This document shows, in pieces, positions 47,492 to 59,190 of a DNA stretch of 64,000 nucleotides. Numbering within the stretch: the first letter of the stretch is position 1; the number at the start of each line of letters is the position of its first letter. The DNA is taken from contig OY760142.1 in NCBI GenBank assembly GCA_963663225.1, forward strand, positions 1,248,001-1,312,000, written 5' to 3'. Under the pieces are notes generated by a model. That model was not told where the DNA came from and ran no database searches. It saw only the letters and a program-made list of their open reading frames with translations. This stretch comes from Nitrospirota bacterium. GTDB taxonomy: Bacteria > Nitrospirota > UBA9217. The position numbers and the translations under genes were made by a program.

Positions 47492-49042
47492 GTGTCCGAC
47501 ATTCATAGTGAAAGAATACTGATTCTTGATTTCGGGTCTCAATATACCCAGCTTATCGCCCGACGCGTGCGTGAGGCCAAGGTCTATTGTGAAATATTTC
47601 CCTTCAATGCGGGATTAGACAAGGTCAAAATGTTCCGTCCCAAAGGGCTGATTCTGTCCGGCAGCCCGTCCAGCGTGTATGATGCCGGGGCGCCGCTTGT
47701 CGATAAATTGCATCTGGAGCTTGGAGTGCCGATTCTCGGCATCTGTTATGGCATGCAGCTTCTGACGCATGTTTTCGGCGGGACCGTTGCAAAATCCCTC
47801 AAGCGGGAATATGGAAGGGCCGAATTGAACATTCACAAAAAAGAGGGCCTTTTCTATGGATTCGGCGAAGGTGAAAAGGCGGTAGTCTGGATGAGCCATG
47901 GAGACCGGATTGAGAAGATGCCCGCTGGCTTTTCCTCCATTGCGCATACCGACAACTCTCCCACGGCCGCTATGGCCGACGAGCAAAGAAAATTTTACGG
48001 CGTTCAGTTCCACCCGGAGGTCGTGCATACCCCCCAGGGAGCGCAGATCCTCAGAAATTTTGTGTACGAAATCTGCGGATGCAAACCGTCGTGGAACATG
48101 GCGTCCTTTGTAGAATACTCGGTGGCTGAGATTCGCAAGACTGTGGGCGGCAAAAAAGTTATTTGCGGACTTTCCGGCGGCGTCGATTCCTCTGTTGCTG
48201 CGGTGCTGGTAAACAAGGCGGTAGGCAGACAGCTGACATGCATTTTTGTGAATAATGGAGTGCTCCGGAAGGATGAGGCGGAGAAGGTACAACAAACGTT
48301 CAAAGATATGGGTTTGAATCTTGTGTATGTAGATGCGTCTTCGCAATTTCTGCGAAAACTCGAAGGTGTCGAGGACCCGGAAAAAAAACGGAAGATCATC
48401 GGCAATACATTCATTGAAGTCTTCGACCAGGCGGCCCACGATGTCGGCGGCGCCGAGTTTCTTGTTCAAGGCACGCTGTATCCGGATGTCATCGAAAGCG
48501 TGTCATTCAAAGGGCCCTCGGCAGTCATCAAATCGCACCACAATGTGGGAGGGCTTCCGGAGAAAATGAAGCTGAAGCTCGTGGAGCCGCTCCGGGAACT
48601 GTTTAAGGACGAGGTTCGCGCTATCGGCAGGGAGCTTGGCATGCCTGCCGATATTATCGATCGGCAGCCCTTCCCGGGGCCGGGTCTGGCAATCCGGATT
48701 CTGGGAGAAGTGACCGCCCAGCGGCTTTCCATCCTGCGCGAGGCCGACGTCATTGTGATCGAGGAAATCAAGAAGGCAAATTTATACCGGGAAATCTGGC
48801 AATCCTTTGCCGTTCTGCTGCCGATCAAAACAGTAGGCGTAATGGGAGATGAACGGACCTATGAAAATGTCATTGCCATCCGGGCGGTAACAAGCCAGGA
48901 CGGCATGACAGCAGATTGGGCCAAGCTCCCCTATGACCTTATGGGCGTCCTGTCCAACAGGATTATCAATGAAGTAAAAGGCGTCAATCGTGTGGTTCTT
49001 GATATTTCTTCCAAGCCGCCAAGCACGATTGAGTGGGAGTAA
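47492..49042 (+). CDS. guaA: GMP synthase (glutamine-hydrolysing)
   Basis: [49 protein letters not shown]; promoter TTGACA-18-TAATAT at 47435-47464. Confidence 0.98.
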   Translation: MSDIHSERILILDFGSQYTQLIARRVREAKVYCEIFPFNAGLDKVKMFRPKGLILSGSPSSVYDAGAPLVDKLHLELGVPILGICYGMQLLTHVFGGTVAKSLKREYGRAELNIHKKEGLFYGFGEGEKAVVWMSHGDRIEKMPAGFSSIAHTDNSPTAAMADEQRKFYGVQFHPEVVHTPQGAQILRNFVYEICGCKPSWNMASFVEYSVAEIRKTVGGKKVICGLSGGVDSSVAAVLVNKAVGRQLTCIFVNNGVLRKDEAEKVQQTFKDMGLNLVYVDASSQFLRKLEGVEDPEKKRKIIGNTFIEVFDQAAHDVGGAEFLVQGTLYPDVIESVSFKGPSAVIKSHHNVGGLPEKMKLKLVEPLRELFKDEVRAIGRELGMPADIIDRQPFPGPGLAIRILGEVTAQRLSILREADVIVIEEIKKANLYREIWQSFAVLLPIKTVGVMGDERTYENVIAIRAVTSQDGMTADWAKLPYDLMGVLSNRIINEVKGVNRVVLDISSKPPSTIEWE

Positions 49043-49113
49043 GTGCTCATACTGCCGTTATTGGACGTGGCAGGCAAAGACAGGATAGTATTCGACCGGC
49101 AAGCAGTTGCACA

Positions 49114-49896
49114 CTATGCCGATGGGCTCGAACTCTCTGGTTTTAGCGCTGGCCGCTTCGCTCTGAGGTACCGCACCCCGATCCAGATCAATACAACCGA
49201 AAACACAACCCGTAATATATCTTCCCTCAGAAATTGGGCGGTCGTTCCTCCCAGATAGGTGCCCACTAAAACACCGGGAATCATTCCCCACAGCGCCGTC
49301 GTCTTGACGTTTCCGAGCTTCCAGTGGGAGTATGCTCCCACGCTGCTGGCGGGAACCATGGCCAGCAAAGAACTCCCCTGCGCAATGTGTTGTGAAAAAC
49401 CGGTAAGAAGCACCATGGCCGGCACCAGGATTGTTCCACCGCCGACACCCATCATGCCGGAAAGAAATCCGGTAAAAGCGCCGGTCACCAGCAGGACTGC
49501 AACTTTAAGCCAACCGGTTTCTAATCCCTGCATCATGGGCAGATACGGCTTCAAAGGAAGCAAAAGAGAGACAAAGACGAGAAAAGCGCCGAATGAGCGC
49601 TTTAACTTCCATTCAGGAAGCGCATGCGCATAATGGACACCCATGCGGGCGGTGAGCATGGCGGTTGCCGCAAGCAGAACTGCGGCCATTACATCAACGT
49701 TGCCTTTCGATGAGTAAACAATAGCTCCCGACAGTCCGGTGAAAACCACCGCTACAAGACTGGTGCCGTGCGCACTGTGCTGGTTCAGCTTGAGCAGGCT
49801 GACCATAAGCGGAATCATGATTACGCCTCCGCCGAGGCCCACGAGCCCTCCGAAAAGACTTCCCAGAAATCCGACGAGAAAACTCAAGGTAAACAC
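49114..49896 (-). CDS. Sulfite exporter TauE/SafE family membrane protein
   Basis: Duplicated GLVGLGGG / GMMGVGGG motifs, AHGTSL / AQGSSL, multiple TM helices. Confidence 0.9.
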   Translation of the reverse strand: MFTLSFLVGFLGSLFGGLVGLGGGVIMIPLMVSLLKLNQHSAHGTSLVAVVFTGLSGAIVYSSKGNVDVMAAVLLAATAMLTARMGVHYAHALPEWKLKRSFGAFLVFVSLLLPLKPYLPMMQGLETGWLKVAVLLVTGAFTGFLSGMMGVGGGTILVPAMVLLTGFSQHIAQGSSLLAMVPASSVGAYSHWKLGNVKTTALWGMIPGVLVGTYLGGTTAQFLREDILRVVFSVVLIWIGVRYLRAKRPALKPESSSPSA

Positions 49897-50026
49897 CTCC
49901 AGACGAAATTCTTATCGTGAACGTGAGCAAAAACCGTTCAGCTTGCGCTGTAGTGGAAAATTCAGCAGAAGCCATCCTGAGTGTTAGAGCGGAATCCGCT
50001 TCACTGCTTGTAACAGACAAGCGGTT

Positions 50027-50368
50027 TTAAAATGTCTGACGCTCTTTTGGCCTGCGCTCGGGGACTTGCCGGTGTTCTTTCATGCCAGCGTTCCAGTCCA
50101 AAGACACATACAGCCCGCAGTAGCAGCTTCCATATTCCTTGATGTCCGGGTCGCGGTAAGCACAGGGGCAGACGATATCTGAATCTTTTTCCTTTATACC
50201 CGATGCCAGGCGGCAGGGGCAGGACCGGTAGCCATAGCGGGTTTCATTGGTAAGCAAGCCCTGGAGAATATCAAGGACAAACGGTGTGTCTTTGTTCAGA
50301 GAAATTCCCTGAGAAGCAGCGTATTTCGACAGGATGTCGAACAGTTTATCCGGCGTCACTGCAGACAT
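50027..50368 (-). CDS. Ferredoxin:thioredoxin reductase catalytic subunit-like
   Basis: CPC, CPC and CYC motifs (YGYRSCPCR, DIVCPCAY, GSCYCGLYV). Confidence 0.9.
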   Translation of the reverse strand: MSAVTPDKLFDILSKYAASQGISLNKDTPFVLDILQGLLTNETRYGYRSCPCRLASGIKEKDSDIVCPCAYRDPDIKEYGSCYCGLYVSLDWNAGMKEHRQVPERRPKERQTF

Positions 50369-50619
50369 AACGCCTCACGCAGCTGGTCTTCATGAAAGCC
50401 GACAATTATTCTGTCGCCGATGCAGATTGTGGGGAAAGTACAATTGGGGTTTAGTTTCCGCACTTCATCTAAAGCATTCTCCCGTTCAGCGCCGGAGAGC
50501 AGGTCCACATCCAGAAACTCAACGGCGATGTTGTTGTCTTTAAAGAATCTTTTGGTGCGATTACAGTGCGAGCAGGTGCTGAGGGTATATAGCATTATTT
50601 TTTTGTCAGCAGTGTGCAT
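50356..50619 (-). CDS. Glutaredoxin/NrdH-like redoxin
   Basis: YTLSTCSHC, TFPTI, IVGF. Confidence 0.88.
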   Translation of the reverse strand: MHTADKKIMLYTLSTCSHCNRTKRFFKDNNIAVEFLDVDLLSGAERENALDEVRKLNPNCTFPTICIGDRIIVGFHEDQLREALCLQ

Positions 50620-50770
50620 AACGCCCCCTTCTCAAGTGTGGTGCAGTATAGCACGGTGGATATCGATATGCAAACGCATTTGGCAATTGAGCAAAGGTCG
50701 AAAAATATGGTATGATATGGCGGTTTAAAAAGCACCATATCTCGGTGGCGAAAAAAGGGGCGTACCGAGC

Positions 50771-51487
50771 ATGAAAAAAATACTATTCGCAGACGATGTT
50801 AAAAATTTTTGCATAGAACAAAGCAGTTTTTTAACGCGGTCTGGCATTACGGTTTTTACGGCCTCCTCGAATGATGACATACTCAGTATCCATACGAGAG
50901 AAAAACTGGACCTCATTGTGTCAAAACTCGACATGCCGGGGCTTTCGAGTGAGGAGTTATTCCATAGTATAAAACAACGCGGGGATTTACAGAAGGTTTC
51001 GACCATTCTTCTCTGCAAGGACACTCCGATGCACAGGGCTCGATGCAACGAATGCAGAGCCAGCGCAGTCCTTAGTTTGCCGGTCGATTTTGAGCAGCTT
51101 CAGGCAACAATGCTGCACCTTTTGAACATTGCGCCGAGACAATCATACCGGGCCGCGCTCAAAGTCACTGTTGAGGGGAAATTCAAAAACAAGCCTTTTC
51201 TATACCGGATGGACAATATTAGTACCACCGGGATGCTTATTACGGCAGAAGTAAAACCAGAGGAAAGGCTTGCCCAGGGCGACCAGCTGGCACTTTCATT
51301 CTGCCTTCCCGAAGGAACTCATATCTATGCCCGGGGAAAAGTGGAACGGATTATTCCGCAGTCGCTTGCAGCAAATGTCTGCCTATATGGACTTAAATTT
51401 GACGAGCTTACCTCAAACGTCCAGTCGGAAATTGCAGCTTTTATCAGCAAAGAGCAGGACAATAAACGTACGTTCAACAGGGACTAG
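50771..51487 (+). CDS. Degenerate receiver + PilZ domain protein
   Basis: KILFADD, SKLDMP (no phosphoacceptor Asp); PilZ RQSYR and NISTTG. Confidence 0.82.
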   Translation: MKKILFADDVKNFCIEQSSFLTRSGITVFTASSNDDILSIHTREKLDLIVSKLDMPGLSSEELFHSIKQRGDLQKVSTILLCKDTPMHRARCNECRASAVLSLPVDFEQLQATMLHLLNIAPRQSYRAALKVTVEGKFKNKPFLYRMDNISTTGMLITAEVKPEERLAQGDQLALSFCLPEGTHIYARGKVERIIPQSLAANVCLYGLKFDELTSNVQSEIAAFISKEQDNKRTFNRD

Positions 51488-51622
51488 AATCTTTTCCGGA
51501 ACGTGGACGTCCGCTTCCGGCAGATTTTGAATACTTGCAAGGACGGATGCCAATACGGCAGGGAACATATGTTGCAGCAGTCAAGATAACACAAAATAAT
51601 TAATATAACAAAGGAGAGTTGC

Positions 51623-51880
51623 ATGGAAAAACGATGTGTCATTGGTATCCGGATAAAAAACCGGGAAGAAAATGCTTCTGAGTTGCAGAAGGTGCTGACG
51701 GAATGCGGTTGTTACATTAAAACAAGACTGGGGCTTCACGATGGGGATGGCCAGACCTGCTCACCGTCCGGTCTCATTCTTCTGGAAATTGTCGGGGATG
51801 AAAAAGTCTACGACCAAGTCGAAAAAAAGTTGAAAGCAGTCAAAAACGCGCAGGTTCAGAAGATGGTTTTTGAGGCGTAA
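51623..51880 (+). CDS. TM1266-like (putative Fe-only hydrogenase system) ACT-fold regulator
   Basis: NASELQKVLTE.GC.IKTRLGLH, GLILLEI, VQKMVF. Confidence 0.7.
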   Translation: MEKRCVIGIRIKNREENASELQKVLTECGCYIKTRLGLHDGDGQTCSPSGLILLEIVGDEKVYDQVEKKLKAVKNAQVQKMVFEA

Positions 51881-51918
51881 CCAGGTATCTCCGGCAACGC
51901 AACGGTCCAGCCAAAGGG

Positions 51919-53493
51919 TTATTTCCGCACCACCGTCCTTTTTTTCCAGTTTTTTCCTTTCCGCGGAAAATCGCTGCGGAAATGCGCACCCACGCTCCCT
52001 TCGCGGAGCAGAGCGGAGCGGGTAATCAGTTGCGCGGTGCAGACCATGTTCTTGAGTTCGAAAAGCCTTCTTTCGGGCGAACAGTTGCGCAGAACCAGGT
52101 CCCATTCACGAAGCTGTTTTAATGCACTTTGCAAATCCTTCTTGGTGCGGATAATACCTGCATTGCTCCACATGAGTTTTTGCAGTGCCGTGCGAATCGA
52201 AGGGATATTCAGGTTCGAGGCAGAAACGCATGTACCGTGAGCGCGGCGGGGGGGGGTGCGCAAGGCCGGGCCTTTTTGGCCGCTCTTGGCCCGCGCATAC
52301 CGTGCGGCAGCCTGGCCGGCGCGGGCTCCGAAGACCAGTCCTTCAAGCAAAGAATTGCTTGCCAGTCGGTTTGCGCCATGCACACCCGTGCAAGCGGCCT
52401 CTCCGGCCGCAAAAAGTCCCGGAACATTCGTGGCACCCCAAAGATCGGTTTTTATGCCGCCCATAATAAAGTGTGAAGCAGGAGAGACCGGGATGGGATC
52501 GCTGGCAATGTCGATGCCGAACTCTTTGCAGGTTGAATAAATCCGGGGGAAACGGCGGACAAGAAACTGCGTAGGCAACTGTGTCATATCAAGAAAAACA
52601 TGGTTGGATTGTGTTGAAACCAGTTCCGATTGGATAGCCCGGGCAACGACATCACGCGGGGCGAGTTCCCGGAGCGGATGGTAGCGGTCCATGAATTTTT
52701 TGCCGTAAATGTTTCTCAGTATGCCGCCTTCCCCGCGCATGGCCTCCGACAAAAGAAACGGCGGGGCGCCTTTGCAATACAGCGCCGTCGGGTGGAACTG
52801 GACAAACTCCATGTCCATAAGCATTGCGCCGGCACGATACGCCATTGCCATGCCGTCTCCGGTCGCCACCTCCGGATTTGTGGTGCGTTCATACAGATGG
52901 CCTGCTCCTCCGGTAGCGAGCAGAACGGCCCGGGCAGAAATATTAAGAAGCGTTTTCGATGGTTGCCGGCAGACGACGGCGCCGATACAGGTGCCGTTTT
53001 TTACAAAAAGGTCCCGGGTAAATGCAAAATCGATTTCCGAAATGGTGACCGCGGAGCGTATATGTTCGCTTAATGTCCGGACGATCTCGCGTCCTGTTGA
53101 GTCCCCCTGCGCGTGCAGCACCCTGTTTCTGGAATGAGCCGCCTCCCGGGTAAAGGAAAGTTTTGTGCCCTCCCGGTCAAAACCTGCTCCCCAGCGAATG
53201 AGCTCCCGAATCCGTGCCGGTCCTTCCTCCACGAGTGTGTGCACGGCCTTGTGCAGACAAAGGCCGTCACCTGCCTTGATAGTATCTTCAAAATGAATAG
53301 AAATTCGATCCTCGTCCGAGAGCGCGACAGCCACGCCGCCCTGGGCATATTGCGAACTGCTTTCTGACGGCGCGTCTTTGGTCACAATCAGAACCTCGCC
53401 GTGCTGTGCAAGTTCGATAGCAGCACGAAGGCCCGCCACCCCGCCGCCGATGATCAGAAAGTCGGTTGATATATATTCGGTAGTAAAACTCAT
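51919..53493 (-). CDS. nadB: L-aspartate oxidase
   Basis: GGGVAGL, YAQGG, REAAHS, EFVQFHPT, SEAMRGEG, ELAPRD, GVHGANRLASNSLLEG. Confidence 0.95.
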   Translation of the reverse strand: MSFTTEYISTDFLIIGGGVAGLRAAIELAQHGEVLIVTKDAPSESSSQYAQGGVAVALSDEDRISIHFEDTIKAGDGLCLHKAVHTLVEEGPARIRELIRWGAGFDREGTKLSFTREAAHSRNRVLHAQGDSTGREIVRTLSEHIRSAVTISEIDFAFTRDLFVKNGTCIGAVVCRQPSKTLLNISARAVLLATGGAGHLYERTTNPEVATGDGMAMAYRAGAMLMDMEFVQFHPTALYCKGAPPFLLSEAMRGEGGILRNIYGKKFMDRYHPLRELAPRDVVARAIQSELVSTQSNHVFLDMTQLPTQFLVRRFPRIYSTCKEFGIDIASDPIPVSPASHFIMGGIKTDLWGATNVPGLFAAGEAACTGVHGANRLASNSLLEGLVFGARAGQAAARYARAKSGQKGPALRTPPRRAHGTCVSASNLNIPSIRTALQKLMWSNAGIIRTKKDLQSALKQLREWDLVLRNCSPERRLFELKNMVCTAQLITRSALLREGSVGAHFRSDFPRKGKNWKKRTVVRK

Positions 53494-53532
53494 ATCTGCA
53501 GTATCATAAGGGTCATGGAATTTGCACCGGCA

Positions 53533-54000
53533 CTATTGCTTAACGGGATTTTCGACCGGGATAAACGGGTTTTTTCCGTCAATGGCAACCAGTTTGAACG
53601 CGTCAGGGTTGAACGAGAACGTAACGCGGCCTCCGCCTTTGCTCGTTATTCCTGTCGAGGTGGTCCATTCTGCGTCCCAGTTGGACAACACTTTGATCTG
53701 CCCTTTGTCCTGGATCATGATAAGCATTTTTGTGTACTGAATGTTAAATCGAATGGACTCATACTTTGCAAACACGTCAGCGAGCGATTGTGAGAATTTA
53801 TTGCGCTCCGGATAATCTTGAGAAATATTTGACAGAAAGGAATCAAGGTTCTTGGTCTCGTATGCATGGGTCATGTCCTTGAGAACCGAGAGAACATTCT
53901 TGCTTTGGACTGCCGACCGCTCCAATGTTTTTTTACCGCTACAAGCTGCAGCTGCAATGAGAAGTATAAGAATGAGAATAGCTGACAGGAAACGGTTCAT
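53533..54000 (-). CDS. Hypothetical lipoprotein (NTF2-like fold possible)
   Basis: Lipobox AAAC; AYETKNLDSFLSNISQDY; RBS GGAGG. Confidence 0.7.
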   Translation of the reverse strand: MNRFLSAILILILLIAAAACSGKKTLERSAVQSKNVLSVLKDMTHAYETKNLDSFLSNISQDYPERNKFSQSLADVFAKYESIRFNIQYTKMLIMIQDKGQIKVLSNWDAEWTTSTGITSKGGGRVTFSFNPDAFKLVAIDGKNPFIPVENPVKQ

Positions 54001-54052
54001 ACAACCCTCCACACAAATTCGTTAAGGTATGGTGCCACCGGGGAAATACCTG

Positions 54053-56899
54053 TTAACGTTCAGCCAGAATATAGGGATTCTCCGGGCGTTGATAGGTATT
54101 GCCCGAGATGAGCTGTTTCAAAAACTGTCCGGTATACGATGCTTTTACTCGTGCAACGTCTTCGGGTGTTCCTTCGGCCACGATAAGACCTCCCTGGTCC
54201 CCGCCTTCAGGGCCGAGATCGATAATCCAGTCGGCCGTTTTAATCACATCGAGATTGTGCTCGATCACTACAACGGAATTCCCCGATACTACCAGCTGGT
54301 TCAGCATGTCCAGTAATTTTTGGGTATCGGCAAAATGAAGGCCTGTTGTCGGCTCATCCAAAATATAAAGCGTCCGTCCCGTAGCCCGACGGGAAAGTTC
54401 TTTTGAAAGTTTAACGCGCTGTGATTCTCCTCCTGAGAGGGTGGTGGCGGACTGCCCTAATGTTATATAACCGAGGCCCACATCGAGAAGCGTTTGCAGT
54501 TTAGAGCGGACCGGCGGGACGTTTTGAAAAAACTCAAAGGCCTGTTCCACGGTCATGGCAAGGACTTCGGCAATATTTTTGCCTTTATAACGGATATCCA
54601 GGGTTTCACGGTTGTACCGGCTGCCGTGGCAAGCGTCGCAGGTAACGTACACATCCGGAAGAAAGTGCATTTCAATTTTAATGAGTCCGTCGCCTTCGCA
54701 GGCCTCACATCTGCCGCCCTTGACATTAAAGCTATAACGGCCCGGTTTGTATCCCCGCACCCTCGATTCCGGAAGCTGAGCGAAAAGGTCGCGGATCGGA
54801 CCGAACACGCCGGTGTAGGTCGCCGGGTTTGAACGCGGTGTCCGGCCAATGGGGGACTGGTCGATGTCGATTACTTTGTCGATGTGCTCAAGTCCTGTTA
54901 TGTCTTTGTGTTTTCCAGCACGCTGCGTGGACCGGTAAAGCCTTTGCGCGAGAGCGCGGAACAGGATATCCACGACCAGCGTGCTCTTCCCGGAACCCGA
55001 CACGCCGGTCACACAGGTAAAAACACCGATCGGGAACTTCACGCTGATATTTCTCAGATTATTTTCGGTTGCGCCAATGACATTGATGCATTTCTCGAAC
55101 TTTCTGCGCATTGCTGGCGGCGTGATGAATGCCTTGCCCGAAAGATACTGTCCGGTGAGTGATTGCTCGGTGTTTTGAATTTCTTCTGGTGAGCCTTGTG
55201 CCACAATTCTTCCGCCGTGCACTCCGGCGCCCGGGCCCATATCGATAACATGGTCGGCGGAGCGGATGGTTTCCTCATCGTGCTCCACTACTAAAACGGT
55301 GTTTCCGAGATTGCGAAGGCGCATTAATGTGTCGAGAAGACGGCGGTTATCGCGCTGATGCAATCCGATGCTCGGCTCATCGAGGATATACAGTACGCCC
55401 ACAAGAGACGAGCCGATCTGGGTGGCAAGCCTGATGCGCTGGCCCTCGCCGCCGGAGAGTGTTGCCGAACCGCGGTCTAGGGTCAGATAATTCAGGCCGA
55501 CATGCACCATGAAGCCAAGACGTTCCCGGATCTCTTTTAATATGCGCTGGGCGATGGCGGTTTCTTTTTCCGTAAGTGCGAGATTGGTAAAAAAAGCAAG
55601 AGCCTGCGTGATGCTCATTCGAGTCACGTCGTGGATATTTTTGCCTGCGACCTTGATCGCCAGAGATTCTTTGCGCAGCCTGCTGCCGTTGCAGTCGGGA
55701 CATGTCTGGTAGCTCATGTACTGCTCCAGCTCCCATTGGGTGGCGAAAGAATCGGTTTCATCATAGCGGCGTTTCAGGAGCGGCAAAATGCCTTCGAACG
55801 ATTTGCAGGACGATGAACGTGCGGATACCGGTTTGGCGGAGTCCTCCCTGTTTCCATGTAGAAGTACCTTTTGGTGGTAGGGCTTCAGGTTTTTGAATGG
55901 TGTATTTACGTCAAAACCGCAACTGCTGGCAATGGATTCGAGCATCTGAAAATACTGAAACGAAGTGCGTTTGGCCCAGGGTTTGACGGCGCCCTCACGA
56001 AGTGAAAGATTCGCATTCGGTACGATCAAGTCCGGATCGAATTCGAGCAAACCGCCGAGTCCGTCACAGGTGGGGCAAGCGCCCTGAGGGTTGTTGAAAG
56101 AAAAAACCTGGGGCGTCAGTTCCGGATAGCTGATGCCGTCGGTAATGCAGGCAAGTTTTTCACTGTATAAAAGGTCCTTTTTCTGATCAACCAGGTTGAT
56201 GAGGACGATGCCGTCCGCCAGGCGAAGTGCCGTTTCAACAGACTCGGCAAGGCGGCGCTCTATGCCGGCTTTGACAACGAGGCGGTCTATCATGATCTCG
56301 ATGTTGTGCTTCTTTTTTTTATCCACGGCAATGTATTCGCCGAGCTCATGGACAATACCATCTATGCGCGCACGCACATAGCCGGAGGCCGCAGCGGCCA
56401 TGAGTTCCTTCTTGTATTCGCCTTTTCTGCCGCGCACAATGGGAGCTAAAATCTGAATGCGCGTATCACCCGGCAGCGACATGACCGCGTCGGTAATCTG
56501 CTGGACCGTTTGCGCCGCGATTTCCTTGCCGCATTTATAGCAGTAGGGTTTGCCGATGCGTGCGAAAAGCAGACGGAGGTAATCGTAGATTTCGGTCACC
56601 GTTCCGACTGTGGAGCGGGGGTTTTTGCTCGTTGTTTTCTGTTCAATGGCAATGGCAGGAGAGAGCCCGTCAATGGAGTCAACATCGGGCTTGTCCATCT
56701 GGCCGAGAAACTGCCGGGCATAGGCGGAAAGGCTTTCCACGTAGCGGCGTTGCCCTTCGGCGTAAATGGTATCGAAGGCGAGAGACGACTTGCCTGACCC
56801 GGACAGGCCGGTGATCACGACGAGCTTGTCCCGCGGAATTTCGAGATCGATATTTTTCAGATTATGCTGGCGGCAGCCTTTTATAATGATTTTATCCAT
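54053..56899 (-). CDS. uvrA: Excinuclease ABC subunit A
   Basis: [23 protein letters not shown], two ABC domains, zinc fingers, LSGGE.QR. Confidence 0.98.
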   Translation of the reverse strand: MDKIIIKGCRQHNLKNIDLEIPRDKLVVITGLSGSGKSSLAFDTIYAEGQRRYVESLSAYARQFLGQMDKPDVDSIDGLSPAIAIEQKTTSKNPRSTVGTVTEIYDYLRLLFARIGKPYCYKCGKEIAAQTVQQITDAVMSLPGDTRIQILAPIVRGRKGEYKKELMAAAASGYVRARIDGIVHELGEYIAVDKKKKHNIEIMIDRLVVKAGIERRLAESVETALRLADGIVLINLVDQKKDLLYSEKLACITDGISYPELTPQVFSFNNPQGACPTCDGLGGLLEFDPDLIVPNANLSLREGAVKPWAKRTSFQYFQMLESIASSCGFDVNTPFKNLKPYHQKVLLHGNREDSAKPVSARSSSCKSFEGILPLLKRRYDETDSFATQWELEQYMSYQTCPDCNGSRLRKESLAIKVAGKNIHDVTRMSITQALAFFTNLALTEKETAIAQRILKEIRERLGFMVHVGLNYLTLDRGSATLSGGEGQRIRLATQIGSSLVGVLYILDEPSIGLHQRDNRRLLDTLMRLRNLGNTVLVVEHDEETIRSADHVIDMGPGAGVHGGRIVAQGSPEEIQNTEQSLTGQYLSGKAFITPPAMRRKFEKCINVIGATENNLRNISVKFPIGVFTCVTGVSGSGKSTLVVDILFRALAQRLYRSTQRAGKHKDITGLEHIDKVIDIDQSPIGRTPRSNPATYTGVFGPIRDLFAQLPESRVRGYKPGRYSFNVKGGRCEACEGDGLIKIEMHFLPDVYVTCDACHGSRYNRETLDIRYKGKNIAEVLAMTVEQAFEFFQNVPPVRSKLQTLLDVGLGYITLGQSATTLSGGESQRVKLSKELSRRATGRTLYILDEPTTGLHFADTQKLLDMLNQLVVSGNSVVVIEHNLDVIKTADWIIDLGPEGGDQGGLIVAEGTPEDVARVKASYTGQFLKQLISGNTYQRPENPYILAER

Positions 56900-57039
56900 A
56901 TAATTTGCAGAAGCGGTAAAACGCTATTGTACCACCGCGATATTCCGGAGTAAAGCTGTTTATACAGGCAGGCGTACTGCAGTATTCGGGGTGGTGTGCA
57001 TACTCGTCTTTCCAGCTGAAGCAAACGTCACCGGTCCGT

Positions 57040-58662
57040 TTAGCAGATTTGCTTGTAGAAATCATTACCTTTATCATCAACCAGCATAAATGCGGGGAAA
57101 TCAACAACATCGATTTTCCATACAGCCTCCATCCCCAGCTCCGGGTAATCTATACATTCGACGCTTTTGATATTTTCTTCCGCAAGAAGCGCCGCGGGCC
57201 CCCCGATTGAGCCAAGATAAAAACCGCCGTATTTTTTGCAGGCATCAGCCACCTGCTGGCTCCGGTTTCCTTTTGCAATCATGATCAGCGAACCACCAAG
57301 AGATTGGAGCTGTTCGACATAGGAATCCATACGGCCGGCCGTTGTCGGTCCGAAAGAGCCGGAAGCTCTTCCCGGCGGTGTTTTTGCCGGACCCGCATAA
57401 TAAATGGGATGGTGCTTCAGATATTCAGGGATTCCCTTTCCCTGGTCGATGCGTTCTTTGAATTTGGCATGAGCAATGTCGCGGCCCACAATAATCGTGC
57501 CGCTCAGTGAAAGCTCGGTTGTAACAGGATATTTGGACAGGTCTGACAGCACTTCCCGTATGGGACGGTTCAGATTGATCTTTACCCCTCTGTTGTGCGC
57601 GCCGCGATACGTATCCGGAATCAGCCGACCGGGGTTGCGCTCCAATTCTTCGAGCCAGATTCCGTCTTTGTCGATTTTTGCTTTAATGTTTCGATCCGCC
57701 GAGCAGGAAACGGCCATTCCCACCGGACACGAAGCTCCGTGCCGGGGCAAACGGACGACACGCACATCGAGTGCGAAATATTTGCCGCCAAACTGGGCGC
57801 CGAAGCCGATTTTGTATGCCGCATCAATCAGCTTTTTTTCGAGCGTTATATCGCGAAAAGCCTGTCCTGAGCGATTTCCCGCGGTTGGAAGGCCATCCAG
57901 GTATTTGGTTGATGCGAGTTTTGCCGTCTTAAGACAAGCATCCGCCGAAGTGCCTCCAATGACAAAAGCAATATGGTAAGGCGGGCAGGCGGCGGTACCG
58001 AGACCCTTCATCTTTTCCACAAGAAAAGCTTCTAGTGATGACGGGTTCAGGAGTGCCTTGGTTTCCTGATACAGCATGGTTTTGTTGGCCGAACCGCCAC
58101 CCTTTGCCAGAAATAAAAAATTATAGGACATGCCGTCAACGGCCTGGATGTCGATTTGCGGCGGCATGTTGTTTCCGGAGTTGATTTCTTCATACATGCT
58201 GAGTGCAACGGTTTGGGAATAGCGCAAACTCTCTTCTGCATATGTTTTCAGGATACCCCGGGCAAGAAACCCCTCATCGTTTGCACCGGTCCAGACCTGT
58301 TGCCCTTTTTTGGCGATCACCGTTGCCGTGCCGGTGTCCTGACAAAAGGGAAGCTCAAACTTTGCCGCCACCTCGGCGTTGCGCAGCAGGGCAATTGCTA
58401 CGCCACGATCGTTCGGTGAAGCTTCCGCGTCAGAAAGTATCGCGGCTATTTGTTCGAGATGATCGCGCCGAAGAAGGAAAGATACGTCCCGCATGGCCTG
58501 ATTTGCAAGGAACACAAGCCCTTCAGGGTCAAGCTTCAGCATTTCCCTTCCCTCAAAGGACACCACAGAAACATAATCCTTGGAAAGAAGACGGTACTTG
58601 GTTTTATCCGGTCCGAGAGGACATGGATCAGGGTATGTAAATTCAGAATTCTTTGCTGGCAT
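57040..58662 (-). CDS. Class I (Fe-S) fumarate hydratase
   Basis: [45 protein letters not shown]. Confidence 0.95.
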   Translation of the reverse strand: MPAKNSEFTYPDPCPLGPDKTKYRLLSKDYVSVVSFEGREMLKLDPEGLVFLANQAMRDVSFLLRRDHLEQIAAILSDAEASPNDRGVAIALLRNAEVAAKFELPFCQDTGTATVIAKKGQQVWTGANDEGFLARGILKTYAEESLRYSQTVALSMYEEINSGNNMPPQIDIQAVDGMSYNFLFLAKGGGSANKTMLYQETKALLNPSSLEAFLVEKMKGLGTAACPPYHIAFVIGGTSADACLKTAKLASTKYLDGLPTAGNRSGQAFRDITLEKKLIDAAYKIGFGAQFGGKYFALDVRVVRLPRHGASCPVGMAVSCSADRNIKAKIDKDGIWLEELERNPGRLIPDTYRGAHNRGVKINLNRPIREVLSDLSKYPVTTELSLSGTIIVGRDIAHAKFKERIDQGKGIPEYLKHHPIYYAGPAKTPPGRASGSFGPTTAGRMDSYVEQLQSLGGSLIMIAKGNRSQQVADACKKYGGFYLGSIGGPAALLAEENIKSVECIDYPELGMEAVWKIDVVDFPAFMLVDDKGNDFYKQIC

Positions 58663-58973
58663 GGTAATCCTCTCTTTTTTTCACGAAGAGACAATACGTT
58701 TCGTTAACGACAGCTATTCTTCGGCATCTAAGTTTATACTCTTTTCTTGATGCTGCTACAAGATGTTTATAAATCAGTTCAAACAGAGATGAATTTTCAA
58801 TCAGGTTTATTACCTTGATTATAAATCATAATTAAACTTATAACACATTAATCTTATTGGAAATAAAGAAGAAAAAAAGTACTTTAAAAGTTCTCATAAT
58901 TTTTGTTATATGACATCCTGTGCAGAGCTCTCTCCAAATTGCGTGTATTAAAAAGGAATATAAAATAACCGGT

Positions 58974-58990
58974 TTGGCATGCTCCTTGCT
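58974..58990 (+). promoter_or_regulatory. Putative sigma54 -24/-12 promoter
   Basis: TTGGCATGCTCCTTGCT: GG-N10-GC in consensus context, downstream of an AT-rich tract. Confidence 0.6.
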
Positions 58991-59089
58991 CTATATAGAA
59001 AAATTAACCGAAGCAAATATGCATATATCGTCAGCGTGTTTCAGTGCGCCTCATAAACACGCAGAAGCGCATGCGTACGGACAAAAATC

Positions 59090-59118
59090 TTGACAATAGT
59101 TTTTTGTTGTGTTAGGTT
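59090..59118 (+). promoter_or_regulatory. sigma70 promoter of atp operon
   Basis: TTGACA-17-TAGGTT with extended TG. Confidence 0.55.
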
Positions 59119-59190
59119 GCATAAATTTCGAGTTTTTTAGCTTGATTGTCGCAAAACGTTGTTTTACCCCTGCCAAAGGCGGTTGCAACC

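Noticed and set aside
52248-52256. G9 tract in nadB as a phase-variation switch
   Set aside because: The frame is intact, the tract encodes Pro codons in a linker, and the gene is housekeeping.
56956-56967. LexA box upstream of uvrA (CTGTTTATACAG)
   Set aside because: Spacing is CTGT-N4-ACAG rather than N8, and the LexA motif of this lineage is unknown to me.
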